A stretch of 64,000 nt of DNA, from assembly GCA_038229915.1 (NCBI GenBank), contig JBBRNY010000001.1, positions 33,693 to 97,692 of the forward strand. The letters run 5' to 3'. The notes under the pieces were generated by a model. The model was given only the letters and a program-made list of their open reading frames with translations. It was not told the DNA's origin and searched no databases. Shown piece after piece: positions 27,532-37,469 of this stretch. This stretch comes from Candidatus Kapaibacterium sp. (GTDB lineage: Bacteria > Bacteroidota > Ignavibacteria > Palsa-1295). The translations under genes and the position numbers were made by a program. Positions within the stretch are counted from its first letter, which is position 1; each line of letters opens with the position of its first letter.

Positions 27532-28179
27532 TTATTTTGCGATATGAATATTAAAATTTGCTGAGCCGACAGCGCCCCAAAGACGGAGCCACATCGGAAG
27601 ATACATTTCCATTGCACGCGCTCCGGTAATGTCGCCAAGGTCAAGGATATTCTTCCATCCGAACCAGTTGGCAAGAATGTCACGAACGGTTGCTTTTGCA
27701 TCAGCATCATTGCCGCAAAGAAAGATATCATGGTCACCAGCTACGAGTGACGGATTGACCATCGCGTTACAATTTACAGTATTCAATGACTTCACAAACT
27801 TGACATCGGGAAATTCACGTTGAAGCTGCTCGCCAAGTGAATCAGTATTACAAACAAACAGCGATGGCGGCATCCCTTTCGAAAAATCGAGGGGATTTGA
27901 AATATCAATAACAACTTTGCCATTGATATTTTCTGCGCCTGCCGATTTCATAGCTTCAAGTGCACCGAAGCCATTGGTACAATTAAAGATGATAGTCCCG
28001 AATGAAGCCGCATCGGCAAAAGTACCTGTGCTAGCTTTCGCGCCATTGGCTTCAGCCCATGTTGCAGCCTTCTCGTTGGTCGTGGTACGAGAACCCATCA
28101 TCACACTATGACCGAGGTTGATCAGCTTCGTGCCGATCGTCGCACCAACCATGCCGGTTCCGAATACAGCGATGTTCAT
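27532..28179 (-). CDS. NADP-dependent oxidoreductase, F420-reductase (NPD)/P5CR-like Rossmann family
   Basis: MNIAVFGTGMVGATIGTKL dinucleotide-binding motif. 215 aa. Confidence 0.7.
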   Translation of the reverse strand: MNIAVFGTGMVGATIGTKLINLGHSVMMGSRTTTNEKAATWAEANGAKASTGTFADAASFGTIIFNCTNGFGALEAMKSAGAENINGKVVIDISNPLDFSKGMPPSLFVCNTDSLGEQLQREFPDVKFVKSLNTVNCNAMVNPSLVAGDHDIFLCGNDADAKATVRDILANWFGWKNILDLGDITGARAMEMYLPMWLRLWGAVGSANFNIHIAK

Positions 28180-28194
28180 TAGAATAGTCCTTCG

Positions 28195-30213
28195 TTAATA
28201 TAAAAGTAATTTTTGAATTGCAGATGCAATATTTTCAACTGTTGGGATAGTGACATTCATCAATCCAACATTATACGGAATGGGAATATCAATAGTTGCC
28301 AACCGTTCGACAGGAGCATCGAGATAGTCGAAAGCCTCTTGCGAAATTGTCGCACAGATCTCTGAGGCAAAATTCGCAGTCCAGTTATCTTCGCACAGCA
28401 CGATAACCCGATTTGTTTTCTTTACCGATTCAAGCACGGCATCTTTATCCCAAGGGATGATTGTCCGTAGATCAATGATCTCGACCGAAGCACCGGTGGC
28501 ATCAGCGGCTTCGAGAGCTCGGCTCACCATTGCACCCCAAGTGATGATGGTCACATCGCTGCCTTCACGAGCTGTCCGAGCTTTGCCGAACGGCACCATA
28601 TAGTCATCGCCGGGATATGATGTTCTGCCTTGTGGTGTGTCGAGCAATGCACGATGTTCAAAAAAGAATGTCGGGTCGTTGCCGCGAAGTGCGGTCCGAA
28701 GCAACCCTACGGCATCTTCCGCGTTCGACGGGAAAGCAATTCGCCACCCGATCTGATGAGCGAACGTGGCTTCGCCCGAAACAGAGTGCCACGGATCGCC
28801 AGTTTTTTTTGCGAAACCGACTGGGATACGAATCACCATACCGGCAGTGAATTGCGACTTCGTTCTCCATCGAACCGTACCAATGTCATTGATCTGCTCA
28901 GTTGCAGGGTCGGCATATTTTCGGAATTGAATTTCCGGTACCGGCATCAACCCATTGAATGACATCCCTACGGCTCTGCCGATGATACCTTCTTCGGATA
29001 GCGAAGTATCAAACACCCGATCTTTGCCAAATTTTACTTGCAGATCAACCGTCGCGCCGTGAACTCCACCTTTAGCACCGACATCTTCACCAAAGATCAA
29101 CAAATTTGGATTCTTCGACAATTCAACTTCCAATGTTTTGCGAACGGAATCTTGGAGATTCATTCGAACTCCTTCTTCCTTTGTCGAATTGATCGTGATA
29201 GTATCTGCAGAAAATGTATGATCACGAACGGTTGCCGTATCAGGTTCTGGCGATGCAAGAGCACGATCGCGAGCCGAAATGACATCTGCTTCGACTTCTT
29301 GCTCGAGAGTATCCCATTCTTTTTCAGAAAGGATATTCTGTATCATATAGGTTTTGAGCTTTGCAAGCGGATCATTGTTGCGTTCGCTTTCGAGTAGCTC
29401 TTTTGGTTTGTAGCTTTGAGTATCGACAAATGAATGCCCTTCGAGACGCGGCACTTTCAAATGGATCAGTGCCGGACCATTCCACTGTCGAACATACTCT
29501 ACTGCATCGCTGATCATCGTTGCGGCTGCTTCTGGGTCGGTGCCATCACCATCCCAAATTTTGAGATTGCCAAACGATGCGAGATTCTTCGCGATGTTTG
29601 CGCCGGGTGTTTGATAGTCGCCGGTTACTGAAATACCGTAGCCGTTGTTTTCAATAAAAAATAGGAGCGGAAGTTTTTGTGTCGTTGCAACATTCAGTGC
29701 AGCCCAAAAGCCATTTGCGGCAACCGAGCCATCGCCACCCAAGGCAACAGCGATAGCACCTTTGTGTGCGGCGGACTTTAGCACATTTGCATGATACTGC
29801 ACCGACTGCGCCCAACCTATTGCCGGAGAATATTGAGCACCGACATCACCCGAAGCAGGGAGTACGGTTGCACGACCACGAGAACGTAGGAAATGCACCA
29901 CTCCAATATCACGACCACCGTGAATGCCGCCGGAGCGCGCCATCGAAGCCGCCATAGATTCTTCGGGAGTCAAACCTTGTCCCAATACGAATGGTCTTGA
30001 TCTATAATAGACGGTAGCACCGTCGTTGGGGTTTGAGATACATTCTGAAAGAATCGCTTGGATCATATCATGTCCTCGCGCCGAGAACTGATAGGTGACC
30101 AGCCCGTTCGGGACAAGCTCGGTCTCTTCGATACGATCAATAGCTCGAGAAGTGAGAATAGTCCGAGCTACTCGCTTGAAGTCAATATTACTAAACTGTT
30201 TCTTTTTTGCCAT
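28195..30213 (-). CDS. thiamine-diphosphate-dependent 2-oxoacid dehydrogenase E1 component, alpha/beta fusion
   Basis: N-terminal E1-alpha with GDG...NN TPP motif (GGDGSVAANGFW...FFIENNGYGIS). C-terminal transketolase-like pyrimidine-binding beta half. 672 aa. No E2 or E3 gene adjacent. Confidence 0.8.
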   Translation of the reverse strand: MAKKKQFSNIDFKRVARTILTSRAIDRIEETELVPNGLVTYQFSARGHDMIQAILSECISNPNDGATVYYRSRPFVLGQGLTPEESMAASMARSGGIHGGRDIGVVHFLRSRGRATVLPASGDVGAQYSPAIGWAQSVQYHANVLKSAAHKGAIAVALGGDGSVAANGFWAALNVATTQKLPLLFFIENNGYGISVTGDYQTPGANIAKNLASFGNLKIWDGDGTDPEAAATMISDAVEYVRQWNGPALIHLKVPRLEGHSFVDTQSYKPKELLESERNNDPLAKLKTYMIQNILSEKEWDTLEQEVEADVISARDRALASPEPDTATVRDHTFSADTITINSTKEEGVRMNLQDSVRKTLEVELSKNPNLLIFGEDVGAKGGVHGATVDLQVKFGKDRVFDTSLSEEGIIGRAVGMSFNGLMPVPEIQFRKYADPATEQINDIGTVRWRTKSQFTAGMVIRIPVGFAKKTGDPWHSVSGEATFAHQIGWRIAFPSNAEDAVGLLRTALRGNDPTFFFEHRALLDTPQGRTSYPGDDYMVPFGKARTAREGSDVTIITWGAMVSRALEAADATGASVEIIDLRTIIPWDKDAVLESVKKTNRVIVLCEDNWTANFASEICATISQEAFDYLDAPVERLATIDIPIPYNVGLMNVTIPTVENIASAIQKLLLY

Positions 30214-30264
30214 TATTGCTTATCAACGGAACTTGCATTCCAGAAGTTGTATTTATAGAAGCGG

Positions 30265-30684
30265 ATGAAAACACCACTTCTCGCACTAATCATTTCCCTG
30301 TTGGCACTTTCTTCGTGCCAAACACAATATTTTTATACCCTGCCTACTCCCGAAGCATCAAAACGCTTTCCGCCAGAGAAGATGAAATGGGAATATACCA
30401 ATAAGATCGTCACAAAAGTGACCGTTATCGACGAGAACAATAAAATGTACCGTCTCGACGTGACACCAAAGACAAAATTAGAGGCTGTGACGCTCTATGG
30501 CGAAAAATTTCAGTTCTATCTCCAAACGATCACCGTTGAAGGAAGTACTGATGGCCTTTTAGGCAGCGGTCAGTCATGGACAGGCTATGAACTCCACGAC
30601 CATGCCCAACGGACTGTCGCGGTCAAAGAAGTAACCGAAGTAAAAATCATCTCCCAAGCCCCCGCCTCCGAGCTAACCTTCTAA
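30265..30684 (+). CDS. hypothetical lipoprotein
   Basis: MKTPLLALIISLLALSSC lipobox. 139 aa. Confidence 0.6.
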   Translation: MKTPLLALIISLLALSSCQTQYFYTLPTPEASKRFPPEKMKWEYTNKIVTKVTVIDENNKMYRLDVTPKTKLEAVTLYGEKFQFYLQTITVEGSTDGLLGSGQSWTGYELHDHAQRTVAVKEVTEVKIISQAPASELTF

Positions 30685-30711
30685 ATTAGCCATATTTTCC
30701 TATATTCTGTT

Positions 30712-30763
30712 TTAGTTAACGATTAGTTAATATTAAAGCAATGCTGAGCTAATGTTGAGCTGG
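30712..30763 (+). promoter_or_regulatory. Pho-box-like direct repeats upstream of the phosphate porin gene
   Basis: TTAGTTAAcgaTTAGTTAA and GCTGAGCTAATGTTGAGCTGG are direct repeats with 11-bp periodicity, the architecture bound by PhoB-type winged-helix regulators. Located 65-115 bp upstream of the porin start. Confidence 0.35.
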
Positions 30764-30826
30764 TAATTTTGCACTTAGATAGTGATAATTATCTATAAAC
30801 TTGACAAACCAATCATCTAAGATACA

Positions 30827-32380
30827 ATGCTTTCAAAGAAACTCAAATTGATCGTGTCGTTCGCCGCTCTTCTTCTTGTCGTAGCGAACACAAACGTATT
30901 AGCACAAACGGTTGAAGAAAAAGTATCAACCCTTGAAGGTAAGGTCGATGGCGTTACCGACCGCACCACCGAGTTGGAAAACACCGTGAATAGTCTTACC
31001 AAACTCAAGATCTCGGGATATGTACAACCACAATGGAATTGGCAGGATGTTGATTCATTAGGCAATCAAGTAAACGGTCGCAATTCTTTCTCGATCCGTC
31101 GTGGTCGCGTAAAATTTGTTCACAAATCAGGTGCTATCGGAACAACAATATATCCTGACATTACTGAGAATGGCGTCGTTATTAAAGAAGTGTTCGCTAA
31201 CTGGGATATTACAAAACAGCTGACCGTCTATATGGGCGCTATGAATCGCCCATTCGGTTATGAAATTGCCAATTCATCAAGTGCACGTGAAGTAACCGAA
31301 CGTTCACTCGCAGAGAATAGACTTTTCAATGGAGAACGTGATCTCGGCTTACAATTTACCTATAACCCTACGATCGGTGATATTAAACCGACGATAGAAC
31401 TTGGTCTCTTCAATGGATCAGATAACTTTGGTGCAGGTCCGGTTGGAGGGCTTTTCGGTGGTAATAATAAATTAGGGTTTGGCTCGGCTCCGATCGGAAC
31501 AGGCGCAGCATACGCTCTTACGACAGGTGTGACCGATTCAGCTTTCAAAGCTTCTGTCAATAGTGCACTCGGTAAAGAGGGTGTCTTAACTCTTGCAGCC
31601 AACGGCACTGCCATCGGACAGCCAGCAAAAGAGCTTATGGGACATCTTCGAATTCCATTCTTGGTAAGCGACGAATTTAGCTTTGACATCGGAGGTTCGA
31701 TCTCGCTTGGCGGTATTACTGAGCCATCGGATGTTGTTGCAAAGTATGATGGTGCAAATGGTGCTCTTCAGCTCCATAAGTCTGATAATACAAAAGCGGG
31801 GCATAGCTTCACCAATCAAAACAACACATTTTTACAAACCAACAGATCTATCATCGGTGCCGATGGACAGTTCTATCTTTCAGTACTTCCTTTTGGTGGT
31901 ACCATCATAAAAGGCGAGCTCTATACTGGTCAAGTGCCTTTCTATGGGTCAGCATACTTATTTACTACTGCCGATGCCACTACATTAGGGGCTCCGGTCG
32001 CTTCTACCGTCTATAAGAAGGTAATGGGTATGTATGTAATGCTTGTTCAGAATTTGATGGATAACCTTCAGATCGCCGCTCGTATCGATAGCTACGATCC
32101 TAACACAGAAATCACCGGCACAAACTTTGCCTTTCTCGATGGTGCAGGAAAAGCACAGAAACTTCTTGGTGCTAACGCATCATCAGGTTTCGGTGGTGAC
32201 TTAAAAGTTACTACTCTTAGCTTTGATGTAAACGTATTCGTCTCAGGCTCAATGCGTTTGATGTTTGATTATGACCATGTGACAACAGAAGACTTTACGA
32301 AAGTGGTTGGTACTTCTATTGCAACTATACCAGATGCGAAAGATGACCGTTTCACTTTCCGTATGCAGTATAAATTTTAA
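30827..32380 (+). CDS. phosphate-selective porin O/P family outer-membrane protein
   Basis: Signal peptide, N-terminal coiled coil, beta-barrel body ending in a C-terminal Phe (RMQYKF). Directly precedes pstSCAB-phoU. Confidence 0.75.
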   Translation: MLSKKLKLIVSFAALLLVVANTNVLAQTVEEKVSTLEGKVDGVTDRTTELENTVNSLTKLKISGYVQPQWNWQDVDSLGNQVNGRNSFSIRRGRVKFVHKSGAIGTTIYPDITENGVVIKEVFANWDITKQLTVYMGAMNRPFGYEIANSSSAREVTERSLAENRLFNGERDLGLQFTYNPTIGDIKPTIELGLFNGSDNFGAGPVGGLFGGNNKLGFGSAPIGTGAAYALTTGVTDSAFKASVNSALGKEGVLTLAANGTAIGQPAKELMGHLRIPFLVSDEFSFDIGGSISLGGITEPSDVVAKYDGANGALQLHKSDNTKAGHSFTNQNNTFLQTNRSIIGADGQFYLSVLPFGGTIIKGELYTGQVPFYGSAYLFTTADATTLGAPVASTVYKKVMGMYVMLVQNLMDNLQIAARIDSYDPNTEITGTNFAFLDGAGKAQKLLGANASSGFGGDLKVTTLSFDVNVFVSGSMRLMFDYDHVTTEDFTKVVGTSIATIPDAKDDRFTFRMQYKF

Positions 32381-32413
32381 TTAGAATAACAGTACGATTA
32401 ACAATCGAAACAA

Positions 32414-33265
32414 ATGACAATTATGAAAAACCATTTGACAGTAAAGATCGCAGCGGCAGTATTGATGTTCGTTGCAACAGTTGGTTTCGTGTATGCTCCG
32501 GCAGAGACGATCACCGTTAAAGGTTCTGACACGATGGTGCAGCTTGCACAACGTTGGGCAGAAAAATATATGCAACAACATCCTGAATTAAATATTCAGG
32601 TCACCGGTGGTGGCTCGGGTACAGGTATCAGTGGCTTGATCAATGGTACCACCGATGTCTGTGATGCTTCGCGCCCGATGAAGGATGCTGAGAAAATAAA
32701 ACTTCGTGACCGTTATGGCTCAACTGGTATTGAGATCCGCACCGCAAAAGATGGGCTTACTGTATATCTTAATGAGGGTAACCCAGTAAAAGAACTATCT
32801 TTCAGTCAGTTGCGTGGTATTTATACCGGAAATATCAAAAACTGGAAAGAAGTTGGCGGTAAAGATGCAGCTATTATTCTCTATGGTCGCGAAAATAATT
32901 CAGGAACATACGGCTTGTTCAAAGAGCTCGTTCTTAATAATGAAGATTTTGCAAATTCAACCCAAACACTTCCCGGCACTGCCGCAGTTGTAAACGCTGT
33001 TAATCATGATGTGAACGGTATCGGTTATGGTGGCGCGGGTTATGCAAAAGGTATCAGAGAGTGCGCTGTGAAAAAAGGCGATAATGATGAAGCATTTCTT
33101 CCAACTGCGGAAAATGTAGCAAGCGGAAAGTATCCAATTACTCGCTTCTTGTTTATTTACCTTCGTCAAAAGCCTACAGGTGCCCTTAAAGAGTACATCA
33201 AATGGATTCTTGGTTCTGAAGGACAGGACATTGTAAAAAGCTCAGGTTTCTTCCCGGTTCGTTAA
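32414..33265 (+). CDS. pstS: phosphate ABC transporter substrate-binding protein PstS
   Basis: GSDTMVQLAQRWAEKY...VTGGGSGTGISGLINGTTDV. Confidence 0.9.
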   Translation: MTIMKNHLTVKIAAAVLMFVATVGFVYAPAETITVKGSDTMVQLAQRWAEKYMQQHPELNIQVTGGGSGTGISGLINGTTDVCDASRPMKDAEKIKLRDRYGSTGIEIRTAKDGLTVYLNEGNPVKELSFSQLRGIYTGNIKNWKEVGGKDAAIILYGRENNSGTYGLFKELVLNNEDFANSTQTLPGTAAVVNAVNHDVNGIGYGGAGYAKGIRECAVKKGDNDEAFLPTAENVASGKYPITRFLFIYLRQKPTGALKEYIKWILGSEGQDIVKSSGFFPVR

Positions 33266-33287
33266 GTTTTGTGATGACATAAGTAAA

Positions 33288-33328
33288 TTCCCGAGGGGTA
33301 ATCAATTAGGTTGCACACCCCTCGGGAA
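33288..33328 (+). terminator. intra-operon hairpin between pstS and pstC
   Basis: Perfect 12-bp stem TTCCCGAGGGGT / ACCCCTCGGGAA with a 17-nt loop, 23 nt after the pstS stop. Confidence 0.55.
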
Positions 33329-33392
33329 GTTTATATCTATAGATGAAACATTATTACGAAACAATAGCGTTACCATTAACTCAAAAACGACC

Positions 33393-34901
33393 GTGACAAG
33401 CCAAAAGCCCCCGTTGCAATTAGGAAAGAAAAGGAAAATTGGTGAGACGATCATCGAATCACTTATTCGCGGCTTGTCCTTTATTTCTATCATTGCGATC
33501 GCACTGATATTCTTCTTTGTCTTCAAAGAAGCCTCCCCTGTTTTTTTTGGTAAGCCTAATAAAGTCGTTACTCGCGATTCGAGCTCTACAACTCATAACG
33601 AGTCTTCTAAAACCGCAGTTGTTATCGATAGCTCCTCGGCAACGATGAAAACAGTGGAGACGATCAAGGCAAAGAACGGCATCAAAGGTACAGAGATCAC
33701 CGTAAAAATGGATGCCGCAGGGAATAAAAAGAAATTTACTAAAGGTGGTGGCAAGATCGAACAAGAAGTGTATGACCCACTTGCCGATGACGCCACTCCA
33801 ACGAAAGATACTGCCGCAACACCGGTCACTCCGGCAAAACCAAAAGAGATAAAAAAAGAAGAGCCAAAACCTACCGCCGCTAAAGAAACCACGCCGACTA
33901 ATAAAAAGTATTCGACAACCAATGGTGGTTCGGTCGAGCAAGAAGTGTATGATCCTTTTGCCGACGAAAAAGGAGGCATCGCCACCATTCCCGGACAAAA
34001 AAATTCTAAAGTCAAATCATCTTCTGATACCGGTTCGCTCGGCGATTCAGCCGATCCGACAGTTATAGCACAGACACAATTACAGATCGACAGCAGTGCT
34101 CTTCAAGAATCAAAAGATTCTCTTGATCGTGCTCATGCCGGTGATTTTAGTAATTTGCTTTTCGGTGATACATGGCAGCCTGTTTCGAATGTACCAAAGT
34201 TTGGATTTCTACCGCTGTTCATTGGCACACTCAAAGTAACCCTGATCTCGATATTATTTGGTGCGCCCCTTGCCATTCTTGCCGCGCTCTTTACAAGTAC
34301 CTTTGCGCCGAAGTGGGCACGTGAAACACTCAAACCGATCATCGAACTTCTTGCAGGTCTTCCGAGCGTCGTTGTTGGTTTCTTCGCATTGATCGTGATG
34401 GCTACTATTTTTCAGGATCTTCTTGGGTATCAATACCGGCTTAATTCTTTTGTCGGTGGTATTGCGATGAGCTTTGCTGTTATTCCAATTATTTATACGA
34501 TTAGCGAAGACGCACTGACAGCAGTGCCGAACACCCTTCGCGATGCAAGCACTGCCCTCGGTGCAACGAAATGGCAGACAGCATTCAAAGTAGTGCTTCC
34601 ATCGGCTATCCCCGGTGTGTTCGCGGCTGTTATTCTGGGTTTTGGTCGTGCCTTTGGCGAAACGATGATCGCCCTAATGGCAACTGGAAATGCAGCGATG
34701 AGCACGGCAAGTCCGTTCGATCCGATCCGTACATTTGCGGCAACGATCGGTGCCGAAATGGCAGAAGTAGTTTTTGGCGATCAACATTACAACATTCTCT
34801 TTTTGATCGGAGCAATGTTGTTCGTCTTTACATTCACATCCAATGCACTGGTAGAATTCTATGTCCGTAAGCGCCTCATTAGACGTATCCAAGGAAAATA
34901 G
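33393..34901 (+). CDS. pstC: phosphate ABC transporter permease PstC with a ~220-aa low-complexity periplasmic insertion
   Basis: Canonical PstC TM1 (IIAIALIFFFVFKEASPVFFG) and C-terminal permease core (EAA-like ...ALGATKWQTAFKVVLP...), separated by a Lys/Thr/Ser/Pro/Glu-rich insert carrying an internal repeat. Confidence 0.85.
   Translation: MTSQKPPLQLGKKRKIGETIIESLIRGLSFISIIAIALIFFFVFKEASPVFFGKPNKVVTRDSSSTTHNESSKTAVVIDSSSATMKTVETIKAKNGIKGTEITVKMDAAGNKKKFTKGGGKIEQEVYDPLADDATPTKDTAATPVTPAKPKEIKKEEPKPTAAKETTPTNKKYSTTNGGSVEQEVYDPFADEKGGIATIPGQKNSKVKSSSDTGSLGDSADPTVIAQTQLQIDSSALQESKDSLDRAHAGDFSNLLFGDTWQPVSNVPKFGFLPLFIGTLKVTLISILFGAPLAILAALFTSTFAPKWARETLKPIIELLAGLPSVVVGFFALIVMATIFQDLLGYQYRLNSFVGGIAMSFAVIPIIYTISEDALTAVPNTLRDASTALGATKWQTAFKVVLPSAIPGVFAAVILGFGRAFGETMIALMATGNAAMSTASPFDPIRTFAATIGAEMAEVVFGDQHYNILFLIGAMLFVFTFTSNALVEFYVRKRLIRRIQGK
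33744..33975 (+). repeat. internal direct repeat inside the PstC insertion
   Basis: GGGKIEQEVYDPLADDATP and NGGSVEQEVYDPFADEKGG. On the DNA, GAACAAGAAGTGTATGACCCACTTGCCGATGA (33759-) and GAGCAAGAAGTGTATGATCCTTTTGCCGACGA (33936-), about 177 bp apart. Confidence 0.7.
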
Positions 34902-35820
34902 TCTGCTTGGTTCTACCTCGCTGAAGCGTCGATTGATCGGCGGTATGGCTGGTGGTATCACAGGTTTTGCGGCAATGCTGATCGTGCTGATCGTCTTTAC
35001 GATCGTGATCTCGGTCGTCATGGGCGGCTATAAAAATATTACGTGGGAGTTTCTGACCGAAGCACCAAAAGAAGGAATGATGGAAGGCGGTATCTTCCCC
35101 GCTATTTTTGGTACGGTCATCATGACAATGTTAATGTCATTAATGGCGGTGCCACTAGGCACGGTCACGGCGATCTATCTTTCTGAGTTTGCAAAACCTA
35201 CTTCGATCCTTGCACGCTCGATCCGGTTCGCCGTCAATACGCTTGCTTCGATTCCTTCGATCGTCTTTGGTTTATTTGGTTTAGGCTTCTTCGTTCAATT
35301 TATTGGTTCGAGTATTGATAATGTCACTAACCCGGGCACATTAGTTTGGGGACAACCAAATATTCTATGGGCATCAATGACTATGGGTTTGCTGACAATG
35401 CCGGTGGTGATCGTCTCGGTCGAAGAAGCGATCCGTACCGTACCGAAAGAGTGGCGCGATGCATCGCTTGCACTTGGTGCCACGAGGCTACAAACGATCA
35501 GAAAAATTGTGATACCCGGTTCACTTTCTGGAATCTTGACCGGTATGATCTTGGCGATCAGCCGCGGAGCCGGCGAAGTAGCACCAATTCTTTTTACGGG
35601 TGCCGCGTTCTTCTTACCGCAAATACCCCACGCCCTTTCGAGCCAATTTATGCATCTTGGGTACCACATTTATATTTTGGCAACTCAGTCGTCTAATGTT
35701 GAAAAAACGATTCCGTTGCAGTATGCAACAACGTTAGTGCTCCTTGCCCTGACGTTCACGCTCAATCTTACTGCGGTCATACTGAGATCACGTTTACGCG
35801 GTAAATCACAATCTGCATAA
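34861..35820 (+). CDS. pstA: phosphate ABC transporter permease PstA
   Basis: The ATG at 34861 overlaps the pstC end by 41 nt; a start at Met 34945 is the alternative. Core ...[18 protein letters not shown]... EAA-loop region. Confidence 0.85.
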   Translation: MSVSASLDVSKENSLLGSTSLKRRLIGGMAGGITGFAAMLIVLIVFTIVISVVMGGYKNITWEFLTEAPKEGMMEGGIFPAIFGTVIMTMLMSLMAVPLGTVTAIYLSEFAKPTSILARSIRFAVNTLASIPSIVFGLFGLGFFVQFIGSSIDNVTNPGTLVWGQPNILWASMTMGLLTMPVVIVSVEEAIRTVPKEWRDASLALGATRLQTIRKIVIPGSLSGILTGMILAISRGAGEVAPILFTGAAFFLPQIPHALSSQFMHLGYHIYILATQSSNVEKTIPLQYATTLVLLALTFTLNLTAVILRSRLRGKSQSA

Positions 35821-35840
35821 ATTTCCGAGAGAATTATCGT

Positions 35841-36689
35841 ATGTTAGAACAAATGGAAAAAGATCACTCTCAACAATTGCGCACCGAAATGCCACCAATG
35901 CATCCTGATGAAGGATTCAATGCAATGGTCAATAGGCCGGTCAAAGTATCGAGTCGCGGGCTGAACCTCTATTACGGAGAAAAGCATGCGCTCACCGATG
36001 TATCACTTGAAATACCAACCAATCGAGTGACAGCGTTTATCGGTCCTTCTGGATGTGGCAAATCGACGTTTCTTCGGACACTCAATCGTATGAACGATAC
36101 GATCGTCGGATGCAAGATCACCGGCGAGGTTATCATGGACAGTGTAAATATTTATGATGCGCGTCTCGATGTGGTCGAACTTCGTAAACGCGTCGGGATG
36201 GTATTCCAAAAATCGAATCCGTTTCCTAAATCTATTTGGGAAAATGTTGCTTACGGACCAAAGATCTTAGGCGAAAGTAATAAATCGACATTGAATGAGT
36301 TAGTTGAGCGCAGTTTGAAACAAGCTGCACTCTGGGAAGAAGTAAAAGACCGTTTACAGCACTCCGCTCTTGGTCTTTCGGGTGGTCAGCAACAGAGGCT
36401 CTGTATCGCTCGTGCTCTTGCTACAAGCCCCGAAGTGCTCTTGATGGATGAACCCGCAAGTGCTCTCGACCCGATCAGCACCGCAAAGATCGAAGAGTTG
36501 ATCTTTCAGTTAAAAAGTAATTACACCATCGTGATCGTTACACACAATATGCAACAAGCCGCACGTGTGAGCGATATAACGGCGTTCTTTTATCTTGGCG
36601 AACTCATCGAAGTCGGGAACACCCGCGATATGTTCACCAAACCTGCAAAAAAACAAACAGAGGATTATATCACAGGAAGATTCGGATAA
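35841..36689 (+). CDS. pstB: phosphate ABC transporter ATP-binding protein PstB
   Basis: Walker [10 protein letters not shown], signature LSGGQQQRL, Walker B LLMDEP. Confidence 0.95.
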   Translation: MLEQMEKDHSQQLRTEMPPMHPDEGFNAMVNRPVKVSSRGLNLYYGEKHALTDVSLEIPTNRVTAFIGPSGCGKSTFLRTLNRMNDTIVGCKITGEVIMDSVNIYDARLDVVELRKRVGMVFQKSNPFPKSIWENVAYGPKILGESNKSTLNELVERSLKQAALWEEVKDRLQHSALGLSGGQQQRLCIARALATSPEVLLMDEPASALDPISTAKIEELIFQLKSNYTIVIVTHNMQQAARVSDITAFFYLGELIEVGNTRDMFTKPAKKQTEDYITGRFG

Positions 36690-36692
36690 GAT

Positions 36693-37403
36693 ATGGAAAT
36701 GTCAGAATTACAAACACCCCGCATCCACCGCCATTTCGAAGACGAGCTTGAAAAACTTCGTGCGTTGCTGATTCGTATGGGCTCACTCGTTGACGAGCAA
36801 GTAGAGCTTGCTTCAAAAGCTGTCTTAACAACCGATCACGAGTCTGCACGTTTTGTGCTCAAACGCGAAACCCGTGTAAACGAGTATGACCTAATGGTTG
36901 ACGCACTCTGCCAACGCATCTTGGCGCTTACACAGCCCGTCGCTACCGATCTTCGTTTGCTCATCGCTGCAATGCGCATTGATTCAGAGTTCGAAAGAAT
37001 TGGTGATATTGCTGTGAATATTGCCGAGCGTGTCACGGTACTCGAAAATCAAAGTGATATGCTCGAAAGCACGGGCTTAAAAACAATGATGGACGAAGCG
37101 CATCGAATGTTTCGTTTTGCCTTTGACGCTTTTATTAATAATGATGTAACATTAGCACGCTCGCTCTTCGACCGCGAAGCCGCTATTGATAGAATTGCGC
37201 ATCGTGCATTCGATCTTTTAATTGATGAGATGAAACGCGACCCGCTTCAGATCGAACCCGGCGCCCATGCGATGGCATTGCTTCGCCACGTGGAACGCCT
37301 AGCCGATCATGCGACAAACATTGCCGAAGACGTGATCTTTATCGTCGAAGCAAAAATGCTGAAGCATCAATCGCAAGAGAAACTTCCTACTGCTGAGGAT
37401 TAG
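36693..37403 (+). CDS. phoU: phosphate signalling complex protein PhoU
   Basis: 236 aa with duplicated PhoU three-helix repeats. Follows pstB after a 3-nt gap. Confidence 0.9.
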   Translation: MEMSELQTPRIHRHFEDELEKLRALLIRMGSLVDEQVELASKAVLTTDHESARFVLKRETRVNEYDLMVDALCQRILALTQPVATDLRLLIAAMRIDSEFERIGDIAVNIAERVTVLENQSDMLESTGLKTMMDEAHRMFRFAFDAFINNDVTLARSLFDREAAIDRIAHRAFDLLIDEMKRDPLQIEPGAHAMALLRHVERLADHATNIAEDVIFIVEAKMLKHQSQEKLPTAED

Positions 37404-37423
37404 TATTTCCAAATATTAGATAT

Positions 37424-37452
37424 AAAAAAAGGCGGTTATTCCGCCTTTTTTT
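37424..37452. terminator. bidirectional rho-independent terminator
   Basis: AAAAAAA, GGCGG, TTATT, CCGCC, TTTTTTT. Confidence 0.85.
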
Positions 37453-37469
37453 ATATCTATACTAAAATC

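Noticed and set aside
30801-30826. TTGACA-16-TACAAT promoter-like hexamers immediately before the porin start
   Set aside because: The -10 would overlap the ATG of a convincing signal-peptide start, so a transcript from it could not encode the protein. Probably fortuitous.
33459-34015. Two long minus-strand ORFs (140 and 179 aa) across the PstC insertion
   Set aside because: They arise from the low-complexity, repeat-rich nature of that DNA. The plus-strand frame is continuous with flanking PstC TM helices.
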